Source: an uncultured virus (IMG/VR IMGVR_UViG_3300032268_000397) (taxonomy: Duplodnaviria; Heunggongvirae; Uroviricota; Caudoviricetes). From it: a stretch of DNA of 64,000 nt. Position numbers and translations under genes: made by a program. The stretch lies in IMG/VR virus record IMGVR_UViG_3300032268_000397, one strand, 5' to 3'. This document shows, one piece after another, positions 1-9,927 of the stretch (positions within the stretch are counted from its first letter, which is position 1; every line of letters begins with the position of its first letter). Under the pieces are notes generated by a model. It made no database searches. It saw only the letters and a program-made list of their open reading frames with translations, and was not told the origin of the DNA.

Positions 1-3000
1 ACCAGAAGCTCCCCATCTTGGCCAAGGATTAAATATATTACCACCAAACTCTTCTATTGCCGCTTTTTGACCATCATCTGGTATCTCTCTTCTAATAACA
101 GTATTTGGATTAAATTTAGAAAGATTATATCTATATTTAGATCTATCTTCATCATCATTGCCGTAAGAGGAAATAAGATAGTTTAACCCACTTGCGTAAT
201 AATATCTAGAATTACTACCACGTTCTGGCGATATAATCTTAGATTGAACTTCAAATCTTTTGCCTCCGCGATCAATTAATTCCTGCGGTGGGTTTGGTGG
301 ATAAAGACTTCTAATAAAATTGATTACGTTTGTTTTTAATACATTGTTTACGTCTGTCGTACAATCACCCTGAACTAAGCTTTTATCGCCTATTAAAACT
401 ATATTAGATCTATTATAGCCATTAATAAATGTAGAAAAATGTTCTTTTTCATGCGCTGCGACAACTGGGCCGTCTTCTATTTCTTTATTCGCACAACTAT
501 ATGTACTAAATAGTTCTCCACCTTCTTCATCTAAGAATATGCCATCCTCAGAATTAGTTCCACCTCTATATATCTCATACCTATCGCAATAGAAAATATA
601 GTAATTTGGATCTATTGGAGAGGATCTATACAATTCTGGTAAAATCCGTGCGGCAGAATGATAATCGCATATATCTTGACAATATCTAGTATTATCATTC
701 ATGATAGCTCTAAGTCTTGGGGGAGTCACTACGTCATAGGCTTGGCGACCCCCATAAGTAATTATCCATTCGTTTTTAACAAACTCTCTAGAATAAGCAA
801 ACTGTGGAATATATCTAGTTGTAGTTGTGCTATAATAACCAATTGGATGTAAAACGCCAGATACAGACAATATTCTATTAGTATGAGGGACATAGTTATT
901 ACCATTTAGCAAGCCAAGATTACCGTTACGTGATCTAAAGTTTATACTAATAGAATTACTAGATGCTCTACCAGTAAATATATTGGTTTGTACTTCTGAC
1001 ATTCTTCCAATAGGTGTTACAAATCCCCTAACAACATCTTCGTCATCGGGATCATTTGGGGATGCCGATGTTTTAAAATTATCAATGTCTATAGTTATTG
1101 GAATTTTTTCATTTTCAAACTCTGACAAATAATTGATAAATACTGTATATCCACTGTTAGGAATTACTGGTATGCTTATATTTGCAACCCCATCAATTTC
1201 CCATATAGCTGGAATATCAAAAAATAGAGTGTCATATATTGGATATTTTGCTACTAATACATCTTTGATACTATCTAAAGATTGATGATAAAAATTTCCC
1301 AATATTGGAGTAAATGAGACGGGAGGATCAAAGCCAGTAGTAAACAAGTTGCGTGGATAAAACTCGTTAACTATTAAGTTTGTTGTATTGTCCACATCGT
1401 ATAAACAAGATTTAATTATTTTACTTTGTATATTGAATTCACTGATATTAGGCGATATCCATCGACCTATGACTGTATTTCTATCAGATATACCTCTATC
1501 ATAAGAATTTGCAAATCTTCCCCTATTTTCAAGATATATAGGTTGAATCTTTATGCCTAGTTTATTAGATAAATTTCTAGCAGCTAAAGCTGACTCATAA
1601 GAATCGTCAAAAGTTACAATGAGTTTTTTACCACCTAGATTTAACCAATTTTTAAGATTTGTAATGTCTTGGTCACTTGGCTGGGCGTTTTTAGTATTTG
1701 GTATCCAGCACACATTGATATAATTAGGAATAGTTTCGCTAAATACTTTTATTTCTGCCTGTGTTTCTGGCAATTCTCCATATAATTCTTCTAAGAACGA
1801 TTCGCTGTACCCATCTTTAAAGTTTTTCCTTCCTGTCCAACCGCCGACAATACCAATAGTAGATGGGATATTGCAAGAATATGTAGATTGTTTTAGTTTA
1901 GCTAAATCCTCTCCGTTGATGGCAATGAGATTAGTATAAAATTGAATATTAATATCTTGACTACCAGACGTTAGATTGGCTTTACTTTCCGAAAGGACCG
2001 TAGCTAATAAAACAACTTGTGAATTATTATTAGATTCACTAGGAGTTTGATAAATTTCCTCCGAGCATATGACTTGCCTATCATATTTTAACTCAAACCC
2101 AAGTACAGGATCAAAATTTCTAATTTCTGCCCTACCTTGTATAATGGCATCTCTATTATTAGTTGGGTCTGGATTAAAGAAATCTCCGTTAAATGTTGGA
2201 GATCCGTTCTCAAAATCTATTTTAAATACAACCTGATCTTTGTAGTTTACTGAGTCTAAGGCATCCCAATACCAAAACTCCTGTGTGTTATTTTGTATAA
2301 GGTCTGGTAATCTAACAGTCACATCTCTATATATAGGAAATAGTCCAGAGGTCGCGGGTTCTGCTGGGTAATGTATAGTATATGATGGTATATATTCTCC
2401 AGCTACTAATAATGGTATAGGCTCTTGTTTTGGAAAGTTATATATTGCACGATCCCAGTTTCTAGCATATGGCGGTTTGTTATCTTTATCAAATAATCTA
2501 GCCCAGTTCATTTGACCGATTTGGATTCTTCCTCTATATCCTATATATGGATAGTTAAAGTTAGCTCTTAAGTCTCCGCGATGAGCTAAAGGTAATGAGC
2601 ATTTATCATTCCATAAATTACAATTTGGCATATACATTGTTGCATGTTCTGGAATATGCATTCTAATATCAGAAACTCCATGTCCAACAAAGGTATTATT
2701 AAAGTTTATATAGGTAGGCGATATACCTTTAGGTTGATATGAAGGTAGAATATTTACTAAATCAGACGCGCAGTTTCCAGAATCAATCAATGATTCATAT
2801 CTATTTTTTGTTGGATGTAATCTCATCCTAGAATCTAATTTAGATAAAATTTTATTGACTATATCATTAGAATTAGAATATAGTCCATTATTTTCATATA
2901 CTGGATCGTTTCCTACCAATACTAAAGTTCTATCTCCTAATGCTAGCCAATCTTTTATATTTTGCATTATCTCATCACTAGCGGCATCTAGACTAGGGGT

Positions 3001-6000
3001 AGTAATAAATGCTAAACCGGCATTTTTTGGTATTTCAATTTCTGAGAAATTCATCTTTCTGTGCAAAGGATTTCCACCAAATCCATTGAAAATATTTCCA
3101 AGTACTTGTAAGTCGCCGTTTTCTTCTCCAATATTACCAAATCTAGAAAATGAAACAACTCCATTATGACTATAATAATCTCTAGATTGAAATACTCTGA
3201 CTGATCCAGCATATTGTTCTGCTGGATACATACCTTGGAATACAAGTTCATTATTGTCTCCACCATACCACAAGTCGGTGTCATCAAACCTATTTAAACT
3301 ATCTGTTGGAGAACCGAAAGCAATAATACTACCATCTTCATTTAGAGCAGAACTCCACCCAAGTCTTGATGTATTAAGTTGACTAAGTACTAAGCCCTTA
3401 TAATCTCCACCAGTATAAGGTATATTATCGTAGCTATAAATAAAGTTGACTTTATACTCTTCTGGCAATGCGCCGCCCCAAAATTCTAAATCGTTGCGAT
3501 AATCAAACTTCTCTTTGGGCGATAAGAAAGAATAAATTTGCAATCCGCGATCATAATTAGAACCAGTGAATTGATTGTATTGAGATCTAAGAGATATTTT
3601 ACCTCTATAATTCAACCAATTTCCTAGGTTACTATATATAGAGTTTTTAACCGAATCGTCGTAGCGTAGAGAATAACAAGACTCATTCGTATATGGAGAT
3701 CCAATAGTAATGCCTAGCGTATCATCACTGATATTAACGGAGTGGCCAAAGCCATTGTATTTAACGTCATTGGTAGAAGAAATTTCTTGTATAACATTCC
3801 AATAACCACTTTCTTTTTCAAAAATATATACTCTACCACCTAGGTCTGGTAGAACATTAAATTCGCTCAAATTTGTATTAACAGCATCTAATCCAAAATC
3901 TTCAGCAAATAAGAAAGTTTCATTGCTATTAGCAATTCTACCGGTATCTAATAAATTGTCTAGTATGATATTAGACATAGCTCTCCAATCTTCCGCAAGA
4001 TTGAAGTCAGGGAAAAATTCATATACATTGCCACTAGTTGGAACTTGATAGAAGTTTTTCAAGCCGCTAGCATAACTATATTCTCTATACCAATTAGTAA
4101 AATTAGAGATTAGGGGCTGTACAGATTGGCGACTAAGTGATTTACTATTATCGCAAAAGATACCTACTGTGACAGGAATATTATTATGTATTATTCCAGA
4201 ATTAGGCTGAAAAGCCTCAAGAAATAAATTGATAACGCCACTTAGCATTGTGTTATCTGTAGAAGCTTTGTTTAGTTGGTAGTTCTTATTATTAGTACGC
4301 GGGATAGTTGTATGATATAAATAGTTACTTCTTCTAAAGTTATTGTAATATATTTCAGAAAATGCTCCCGTTGGCTGAATAACTAAAATTTTTGTCTCTA
4401 TTTGCAAGGGTGGCCTTGCGTAGTACTTGTATAGAGTATTATTTCTATTTGTTTTTTCACTTATTTGTCTATCAAATCTATATGCATTAATCCAATAACC
4501 GTCATCATTGGGATTGAACTCATCAGCAAAAACAATTATGCAAGCCTTTACCTTATTAGTTGTAATATCATCAAATGTGCGCGTAAACTCTGCTTTAGGC
4601 CCACCAGCTACTATGATTTGCCTATTATTTTCTCCATATGATTTAATATCATTATTTACTCCAATTGCAACAGAAGTGCCTAACTCTCTTCCCTCTTGAC
4701 CAACATTCCATTTAGTAAGAGGAATAGGAAGTCCCGGTATAGGAGATGTAGTGCCATATGGAATAGGATAGTCTAATATATATCCAGAAGGAAGCGTGAG
4801 CTTTGCTTCAAAACCCCATCCAGTTTTATCTGAACTAAGACTGCCACTATTAAGAGTTGGTTCATCAAGTCTTCTATATACATAAAGCGCACCAGCATTA
4901 TCTACTCCGCTACCATTGTCATATACTGTTTCTTTGGGCGCTCCAACAACTGCAATATTTTTTGCTGTAGCAATAGAATATCCGAATTGAGCATTTTCTA
5001 TCCTATTAGGTGCTACAATTTTTGTGCCAGAAAAAGCCACATTATCATTTGTGCCGTATTCCCATTCTTCAAATTTTGGTGGAACTAAATTGAAATCATC
5101 ATTACCAGTGAGTGATTTAGCAGAGATAAAATATGGCGCAGAAGGAACAAGTCCAGTATATTTTCTAATTCCATAGTAATTACCACTATATCCAATCGTA
5201 TTTCCAAATCCAGAAGCCGTGGGGTTTGTATATGTAGACTTTGCTCTAAAAATTCCACCGTCTACGCATCTATCTTCAGTCCACTGAGTTTCGTGTGTAT
5301 ATATGCCCTTTTCGACGCATGTGCCACTTCTACTGCAATCACCAAAGCATATAAGTTCTACGCCGCGAATTTCATTACCAACTGGTATATTTGCATAGAA
5401 ATTATCATCAAATTCTATTTCTAACCCAGAGTCTATTCCATTCCATAAAAATTGTCTCTTACCTTGTTTTAAGCCATCATAAGCATAGCGACTTTCAATA
5501 TATGAATTTAATGATGCATCATTGCTATAAATGGTGGGATAGTTTGTTGTATATAAATTAAGATAAGAATTAAATAAGGTTATTTGTGTTACTTCTGTAT
5601 ACAAATTAAATGTGGAATTGGCTTTGAATATTAATTCATCAGCTATTTCTGGCCTAATAAATAGCGTTAACGCGCTATTGCGATAACCAATCTTGTCAAA
5701 CATTATCAACGGCAATGTGTCATTGATTTGATATTTAACTAACTCTGGAGCATTTGTATGCATTACCAAAAATTCATTTTCCACATATTGACCAGATATA
5801 TACAAGTCCATAGCGTTTGGAAATAATGAACCAAATAAATCTCCATCAGAACCAAAACTAGATTCTGTAAATGCGCCTATATAGAGAGGTAGGCTTGTGT
5901 CTTCAACTCCAGAAGCACCGGCTATATAAGTAGATAAATATGCTGGATCTAATGAATAAATGGGGCAACCATCAACGTGTAATATTAAACTGTTTATGTT

Positions 6001-9000
6001 TTCTTCGTGGGGAGAAACAACAAAGTTTAGAAAATTAAACTCATATTGCGAACCATTAGTAATGATATCAACGCTTGTTTGAAAGTTTTGCTTTTTTGAT
6101 ATATAACTATCTAAGCTTACGTTTACAGTATTAATTCTAAGATTAGAATAATATGGATTTCCAGAAGGATACTCAATATCATATTGAATAAACATATCAT
6201 CCAAGTCTTTAGAAAAATACTTGTGATTAAATTCGGTTATTCTTTTTTCTTCTGGAAACATAAACCAAGCTTCTGAATCGTCAACAAAAGAATCAAAATC
6301 AAATCCTGTTTGTAGCATTACCATAGCATCTTTACTATCTAGATAATGCACACCGCGATTTATTAATCCAAAGTTCTTTGCGCTATAACTACTTGGATCT
6401 TTGTTTGTTGTATATAAACTGACGATTAATTTGGGGCCAGTTTTACCATTCGGCCAAATAACATTACCGCTAGAAGTATATTCTAAAACAGTTTCAACTA
6501 AAAGTGCATCTTCTACAAAATCATAACCCTGTGGCAACGTCTTACTTAATCTAACAGCGGCAGCGTAGAAATTGTCTGGAGCGTCACTTAAGTGAATTCT
6601 AAGAAAATCATTTTCTATTTGAGAATGGTATGATAAATTGCTAGATGAAAAACCAGATGCTAGTGAAGTATTTATTTTTTGAGCATATGGAATCCCATCA
6701 TTCTTAATGTCAAAGTATATAAAGTCATAACCATCTCTCTTAGATAATGTTGAGAATTCGCTAGATGCGAAATCTCTGTGCCTAAACTCTCCAAAGCTCC
6801 AACTATCTAAACTTTCATCTATGAATGTGCTAAGTTTATGATTAACCGCTTTGTTGTTTGTAATTGCGTCAAAGAATCTATAAATACCAACATCTTTATC
6901 ATTGCTATTACTATCTACTATAAGTAGATTACATTGATTAGAAAAACCAAAATCCGTTATAAAACTATTGAATCCACCAAGCAATAGACTACCAGAGCCA
7001 TTGGCGATAGTGAAGTTATTAGCAGTGAAGATCTTGATAGGTAAATTGTCTAACTCGTTTTTAGTAGATAGATTTAGTGTTGATAGGTTATTGTCGTATG
7101 TTAAAACAACATTTAATGGATAAGAGTAATTGCTATAAATAGTATTATCATATAGACTAATAAAGTTTCCACTACTATTTTTAGCTTGAGCAAATAGGTA
7201 TCCGCTAGAATATCCAACAAGAAACAGCAATTCGTTGCTGGTATTATAATGTGAAAATAAAACGCCAGATTGAAAATTATTATCTTTGTCTGGTGAAAAT
7301 CTTATGTAAGTCGCAAATCCGCCAGAAGATTCAAATGGTTGGAAATCAATAGAATTTGATCCAGACATTCTAATAGCACAGTCAAATGAGTCAGATATCT
7401 TACCGCGCAAGGTGTGTGTCTCATATCCACTAATGCTAGTCCAATCAATAGTTCTATAAGGCGTTGGTTCGCTGAATAACGAATTGCTATTAAATCTCCA
7501 CCCAATATTCTCTACTTTATTGATTGTATGGTTTGCTACACCGGAACCGCTTGTATATTTATCTGGAATAACTAAGTTGTTAATTATATCCTTAAACTCG
7601 TAATTGCTAGATATAAAAGGTGAATTAAGGTATGATCGTTCAAAGCCAAAGTCATCAAAATTTGATTGCTTGAATGATGATGTAGATATACCTTCCGCTC
7701 CCTTCCATCGTCTTGAATAATTTTGCTTAAATGTAGTTGGCATATCATAAGCATGTGGAATAAGATCTATGTATGAAAGCGGTAAATTGTTAGACGGGTA
7801 AAGTACATCTCTTGGGAATAATCTCAAATTATTTTTCTGGTTATACTGTGGTTCACCCATAGTATGCATATTTAAACCATTTGATGGCTTGTACTTAACA
7901 ACAAGCTGTATTGAAGATATAGAGGCTCCACTAGGTAATGGATAGATATCTAGATATAGACTTTCAAAATAATTGCTTAATCCATACTCTTGAGGTTGAC
8001 CTAATCTACCAATATCTTGATATATCTTAAGTGGGATTTTGTATTCTTTGAAAGAGGTTGAGTTAACAACGTTTGGCGATAATCGATAGTGATCTCCACC
8101 AACGTTTAGTTGCTCATCTCTTTGATAATACTGATACTTATCAGATATAGACTCGCTAGATAATCCAAGGGAATTAGTTGGAGCAAATCCAGAAACGTAT
8201 GGTATTGATCCGCTGCCGCTAATATCATTTTGCAAGAATCCACCAATTTGAGATGTTACATTTAATAGTTTATCATTGCTGTATCCAACAACATCTATTG
8301 CATAGTCTCTTGACCCTATAGCTTTTTTAGCTTTGACTCTAAGGTAAACTTCATCTACTAAGAAGTATTCATTAATAGGTGGTAAATTAACTAGTTCGGC
8401 TAAACTAAAAGAATTACTCAACTCTCTAAATGCTCCACCGCGATAAACTAATAATGATTCTAATGTCTTATGAGTAAAAACTAAATGTAGCTTGCCCGAA
8501 TCTATTATAGAACTAGAAACTAATTCTATATAATCATCATCACTATCATTAATAATTTTTCCTACAATTTGATTTGATAATTCTTGATTAGTATTAAATG
8601 CTCTTACTCCGCTACTATCTGGAGAAGATGCCCATACAGTATTAACGCTTGGATGTATTCTATTATTATGGTTATATGGTAGGAGAATTTGTGGGCTTAA
8701 GAATCTCTCTAGTCTTTCTCCTATGAGATCAACCTCAGTATAACAATTTAAGTATGTGTCGTTAACTATGTTAGCTGCACCAAAATTAAATATTTCAATT
8801 TCTGATATTCTTATGCTATTTATAGGATTTATAGCTTCTTGTGATATTGTAGAAAATGGCGATCCAATACTTAAATAATCGTCTTCATCAATAATAACAT
8901 TGTCGTTTGGAATATCGTCATCAAATCCCTCATTAAAACCTAAATTAAATGGGGCGTCATTACTATCTATAATAATGTCAAACGTGAGAGTGTAATCGTC

Positions 9001-9918
9001 GTCAGAATTTAATATTGGATAATTAATATCTTGGGTTGCTAATATGGCATTATTCTTAATAGGTCTAGTGATGTATGTTGTATAACTAATATTCTCTGGA
9101 GCGTTATCAAAATCTGCATCACCGCGAACTTCGATATCTCTATACTGAATAATTAAGTTGCCGCTTGGATCTTCAAATTTAATATTTGATATTGTGTACC
9201 TAGGAATACTTTCATCTGTATCATTAGAACCAAAAAGCGGGGCCGCTGCTCTAATAAACAGTCTACTCTCTTTTGGTGTTAATCTGGGATTTTCAACTAC
9301 AGCTTTATATCTATAATGTCCACCAATGTTAATTGATGATGGTAAAATATAAGATAGTGTGTCACTTATAGTTCTACCATCGCTCCTAAAATCGCCAACG
9401 AAAATGCCACCGTTGATACTGTTAAATAGATCGTTGGTTTGTAATTTTTCATTAACTAAAACTTGCCCATTATATGATGTAATTAAATCTTGTACTGGAT
9501 ATAATTTTTGAGTGCCATTAACGGGAGCAGCGAAGAAGTTGTCATTATCTAGTTGCTCTATATTATCTTCAAATATATTACCACTAATCTTATCTGCTAA
9601 AGCTATAAATTCTGAATCTGTAGAAAAATTTGATTTAGAATAAAGTTCAACATTAATATTATCGCTTATAGACGCATTGGTTAAAAGTGCAGAAACAACA
9701 CTATGTGTAATGTTATAATTCTGTTGTGGTATACTAGCCTCTGCAATTAACCTAGTTAATCCTAAAGACTTAATATATAGACCAAAATTAGAAAATGTTT
9801 CGAACTTAGGGCTGTAGGACATTTGTACAGTCAAATCTGCTTCTAAGAAGCTAGATGCAACTATAGGTATTGGGCCTTCGCCGTCTAATCTAGATGAGCA
9901 AAAACAAAATGTGGGCAT
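1..9918 (-). CDS. Very large tail-tip / central fibre protein, at least 3306 aa, 3'-truncated by the window edge; FG-GAP-like propeller repeats and a LamG-like segment
   Basis: ATG at 9918 follows AAGGA just after the TMP stop and reads MPTFCFCSSRLDGEGPIP. Same frame spot-checked at about 4900-5000 (NAQFGYSIATAKNIAVVGAPKETVY) and 1-60 (AIEEFGGNIFNPWPRWGASG). The ORF track reports no closed ORF in this frame, consistent with no stop. Other FG-GAP-like motifs: GREFGTSVAI, NGFGHSVNI, RLGWSSAL..IAFGSP. Lies directly downstream of the TMP. Confidence 0.8.
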   Translation of the reverse strand, partial: MPTFCFCSSRLDGEGPIPIVASSFLEADLTVQMSYSPKFETFSNFGLYIKSLGLTRLIAEASIPQQNYNITHSVVSALLTNASISDNINVELYSKSNFSTDSEFIALADKISGNIFEDNIEQLDNDNFFAAPVNGTQKLYPVQDLITSYNGQVLVNEKLQTNDLFNSINGGIFVGDFRSDGRTISDTLSYILPSSINIGGHYRYKAVVENPRLTPKESRLFIRAAAPLFGSNDTDESIPRYTISNIKFEDPSGNLIIQYRDIEVRGDADFDNAPENISYTTYITRPIKNNAILATQDINYPILNSDDDYTLTFDIIIDSNDAPFNLGFNEGFDDDIPNDNVIIDEDDYLSIGSPFSTISQEAINPINSIRISEIEIFNFGAANIVNDTYLNCYTEVDLIGERLERFLSPQILLPYNHNNRIHPSVNTVWASSPDSSGVRAFNTNQELSNQIVGKIINDSDDDYIELVSSSIIDSGKLHLVFTHKTLESLLVYRGGAFRELSNSFSLAELVNLPPINEYFLVDEVYLRVKAKKAIGSRDYAIDVVGYSNDKLLNVTSQIGGFLQNDISGSGSIPYVSGFAPTNSLGLSSESISDKYQYYQRDEQLNVGGDHYRLSPNVVNSTSFKEYKIPLKIYQDIGRLGQPQEYGLSNYFESLYLDIYPLPSGASISSIQLVVKYKPSNGLNMHTMGEPQYNQKNNLRLFPRDVLYPSNNLPLSYIDLIPHAYDMPTTFKQNYSRRWKGAEGISTSSFKQSNFDDFGFERSYLNSPFISSNYEFKDIINNLVIPDKYTSGSGVANHTINKVENIGWRFNSNSLFSEPTPYRTIDWTSISGYETHTLRGKISDSFDCAIRMSGSNSIDFQPFESSGGFATYIRFSPDKDNNFQSGVLFSHYNTSNELLFLVGYSSGYLFAQAKNSSGNFISLYDNTIYSNYSYPLNVVLTYDNNLSTLNLSTKNELDNLPIKIFTANNFTIANGSGSLLLGGFNSFITDFGFSNQCNLLIVDSNSNDKDVGIYRFFDAITNNKAVNHKLSTFIDESLDSWSFGEFRHRDFASSEFSTLSKRDGYDFIYFDIKNDGIPYAQKINTSLASGFSSSNLSYHSQIENDFLRIHLSDAPDNFYAAAVRLSKTLPQGYDFVEDALLVETVLEYTSSGNVIWPNGKTGPKLIVSLYTTNKDPSSYSAKNFGLINRGVHYLDSKDAMVMLQTGFDFDSFVDDSEAWFMFPEEKRITEFNHKYFSKDLDDMFIQYDIEYPSGNPYYSNLRINTVNVSLDSYISKKQNFQTSVDIITNGSQYEFNFLNFVVSPHEENINSLILHVDGCPIYSLDPAYLSTYIAGASGVEDTSLPLYIGAFTESSFGSDGDLFGSLFPNAMDLYISGQYVENEFLVMHTNAPELVKYQINDTLPLIMFDKIGYRNSALTLFIRPEIADELIFKANSTFNLYTEVTQITLFNSYLNLYTTNYPTIYSNDASLNSYIESRYAYDGLKQGKRQFLWNGIDSGLEIEFDDNFYANIPVGNEIRGVELICFGDCSRSGTCVEKGIYTHETQWTEDRCVDGGIFRAKSTYTNPTASGFGNTIGYSGNYYGIRKYTGLVPSAPYFISAKSLTGNDDFNLVPPKFEEWEYGTNDNVAFSGTKIVAPNRIENAQFGYSIATAKNIAVVGAPKETVYDNGSGVDNAGALYVYRRLDEPTLNSGSLSSDKTGWGFEAKLTLPSGYILDYPIPYGTTSPIPGLPIPLTKWNVGQEGRELGTSVAIGVNNDIKSYGENNRQIIVAGGPKAEFTRTFDDITTNKVKACIIVFADEFNPNDDGYWINAYRFDRQISEKTNRNNTLYKYYARPPLQIETKILVIQPTGAFSEIYYNNFRRSNYLYHTTIPRTNNKNYQLNKASTDNTMLSGVINLFLEAFQPNSGIIHNNIPVTVGIFCDNSKSLSRQSVQPLISNFTNWYREYSYASGLKNFYQVPTSGNVYEFFPDFNLAEDWRAMSNIILDNLLDTGRIANSNETFLFAEDFGLDAVNTNLSEFNVLPDLGGRVYIFEKESGYWNVIQEISSTNDVKYNGFGHSVNISDDTLGITIGSPYTNESCYSLRYDDSVKNSIYSNLGNWLNYRGKISLRSQYNQFTGSNYDRGLQIYSFLSPKEKFDYRNDLEFWGGALPEEYKVNFIYSYDNIPYTGGDYKGLVLSQLNTSRLGWSSALNEDGSIIAFGSPTDSLNRFDDTDLWYGGDNNELVFQGMYPAEQYAGSVRVFQSRDYYSHNGVVSFSRFGNIGEENGDLQVLGNIFNGFGGNPLHRKMNFSEIEIPKNAGLAFITTPSLDAASDEIMQNIKDWLALGDRTLVLVGNDPVYENNGLYSNSNDIVNKILSKLDSRMRLHPTKNRYESLIDSGNCASDLVNILPSYQPKGISPTYINFNNTFVGHGVSDIRMHIPEHATMYMPNCNLWNDKCSLPLAHRGDLRANFNYPYIGYRGRIQIGQMNWARLFDKDNKPPYARNWDRAIYNFPKQEPIPLLVAGEYIPSYTIHYPAEPATSGLFPIYRDVTVRLPDLIQNNTQEFWYWDALDSVNYKDQVVFKIDFENGSPTFNGDFFNPDPTNNRDAIIQGRAEIRNFDPVLGFELKYDRQVICSEEIYQTPSESNNNSQVVLLATVLSESKANLTSGSQDINIQFYTNLIAINGEDLAKLKQSTYSCNIPSTIGIVGGWTGRKNFKDGYSESFLEELYGELPETQAEIKVFSETIPNYINVCWIPNTKNAQPSDQDITNLKNWLNLGGKKLIVTFDDSYESALAARNLSNKLGIKIQPIYLENRGRFANSYDRGISDRNTVIGRWISPNISEFNIQSKIIKSCLYDVDNTTNLIVNEFYPRNLFTTGFDPPVSFTPILGNFYHQSLDSIKDVLVAKYPIYDTLFFDIPAIWEIDGVANISIPVIPNSGYTVFINYLSEFENEKIPITIDIDNFKTSASPNDPDDEDVVRGFVTPIGRMSEVQTNIFTGRASSNSISINFRSRNGNLGLLNGNNYVPHTNRILSVSGVLHPIGYYSTTTTRYIPQFAYSREFVKNEWIITYGGRQAYDVVTPPRLRAIMNDNTRYCQDICDYHSAARILPELYRSSPIDPNYYIFYCDRYEIYRGGTNSEDGIFLDEEGGELFSTYSCANKEIEDGPVVAAHEKEHFSTFINGYNRSNIVLIGDKSLVQGDCTTDVNNVLKTNVINFIRSLYPPNPPQELIDRGGKRFEVQSKIISPERGSNSRYYYASGLNYLISSYGNDDEDRSKYRYNLSKFNPNTVIRREIPDDGQKAAIEEFGGNIFNPWPRWGASG

Positions 9919-9927
9919 TCATTATCC

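Noticed and set aside
1..9918. Apparent 10-kb ORF-poor region suggesting non-coding DNA or stop-codon recoding
   Set aside because: Explained by one open minus-strand frame lacking a stop inside the window; the standard code gives dense coding elsewhere, with TAA, TAG and TGA all used as stops.
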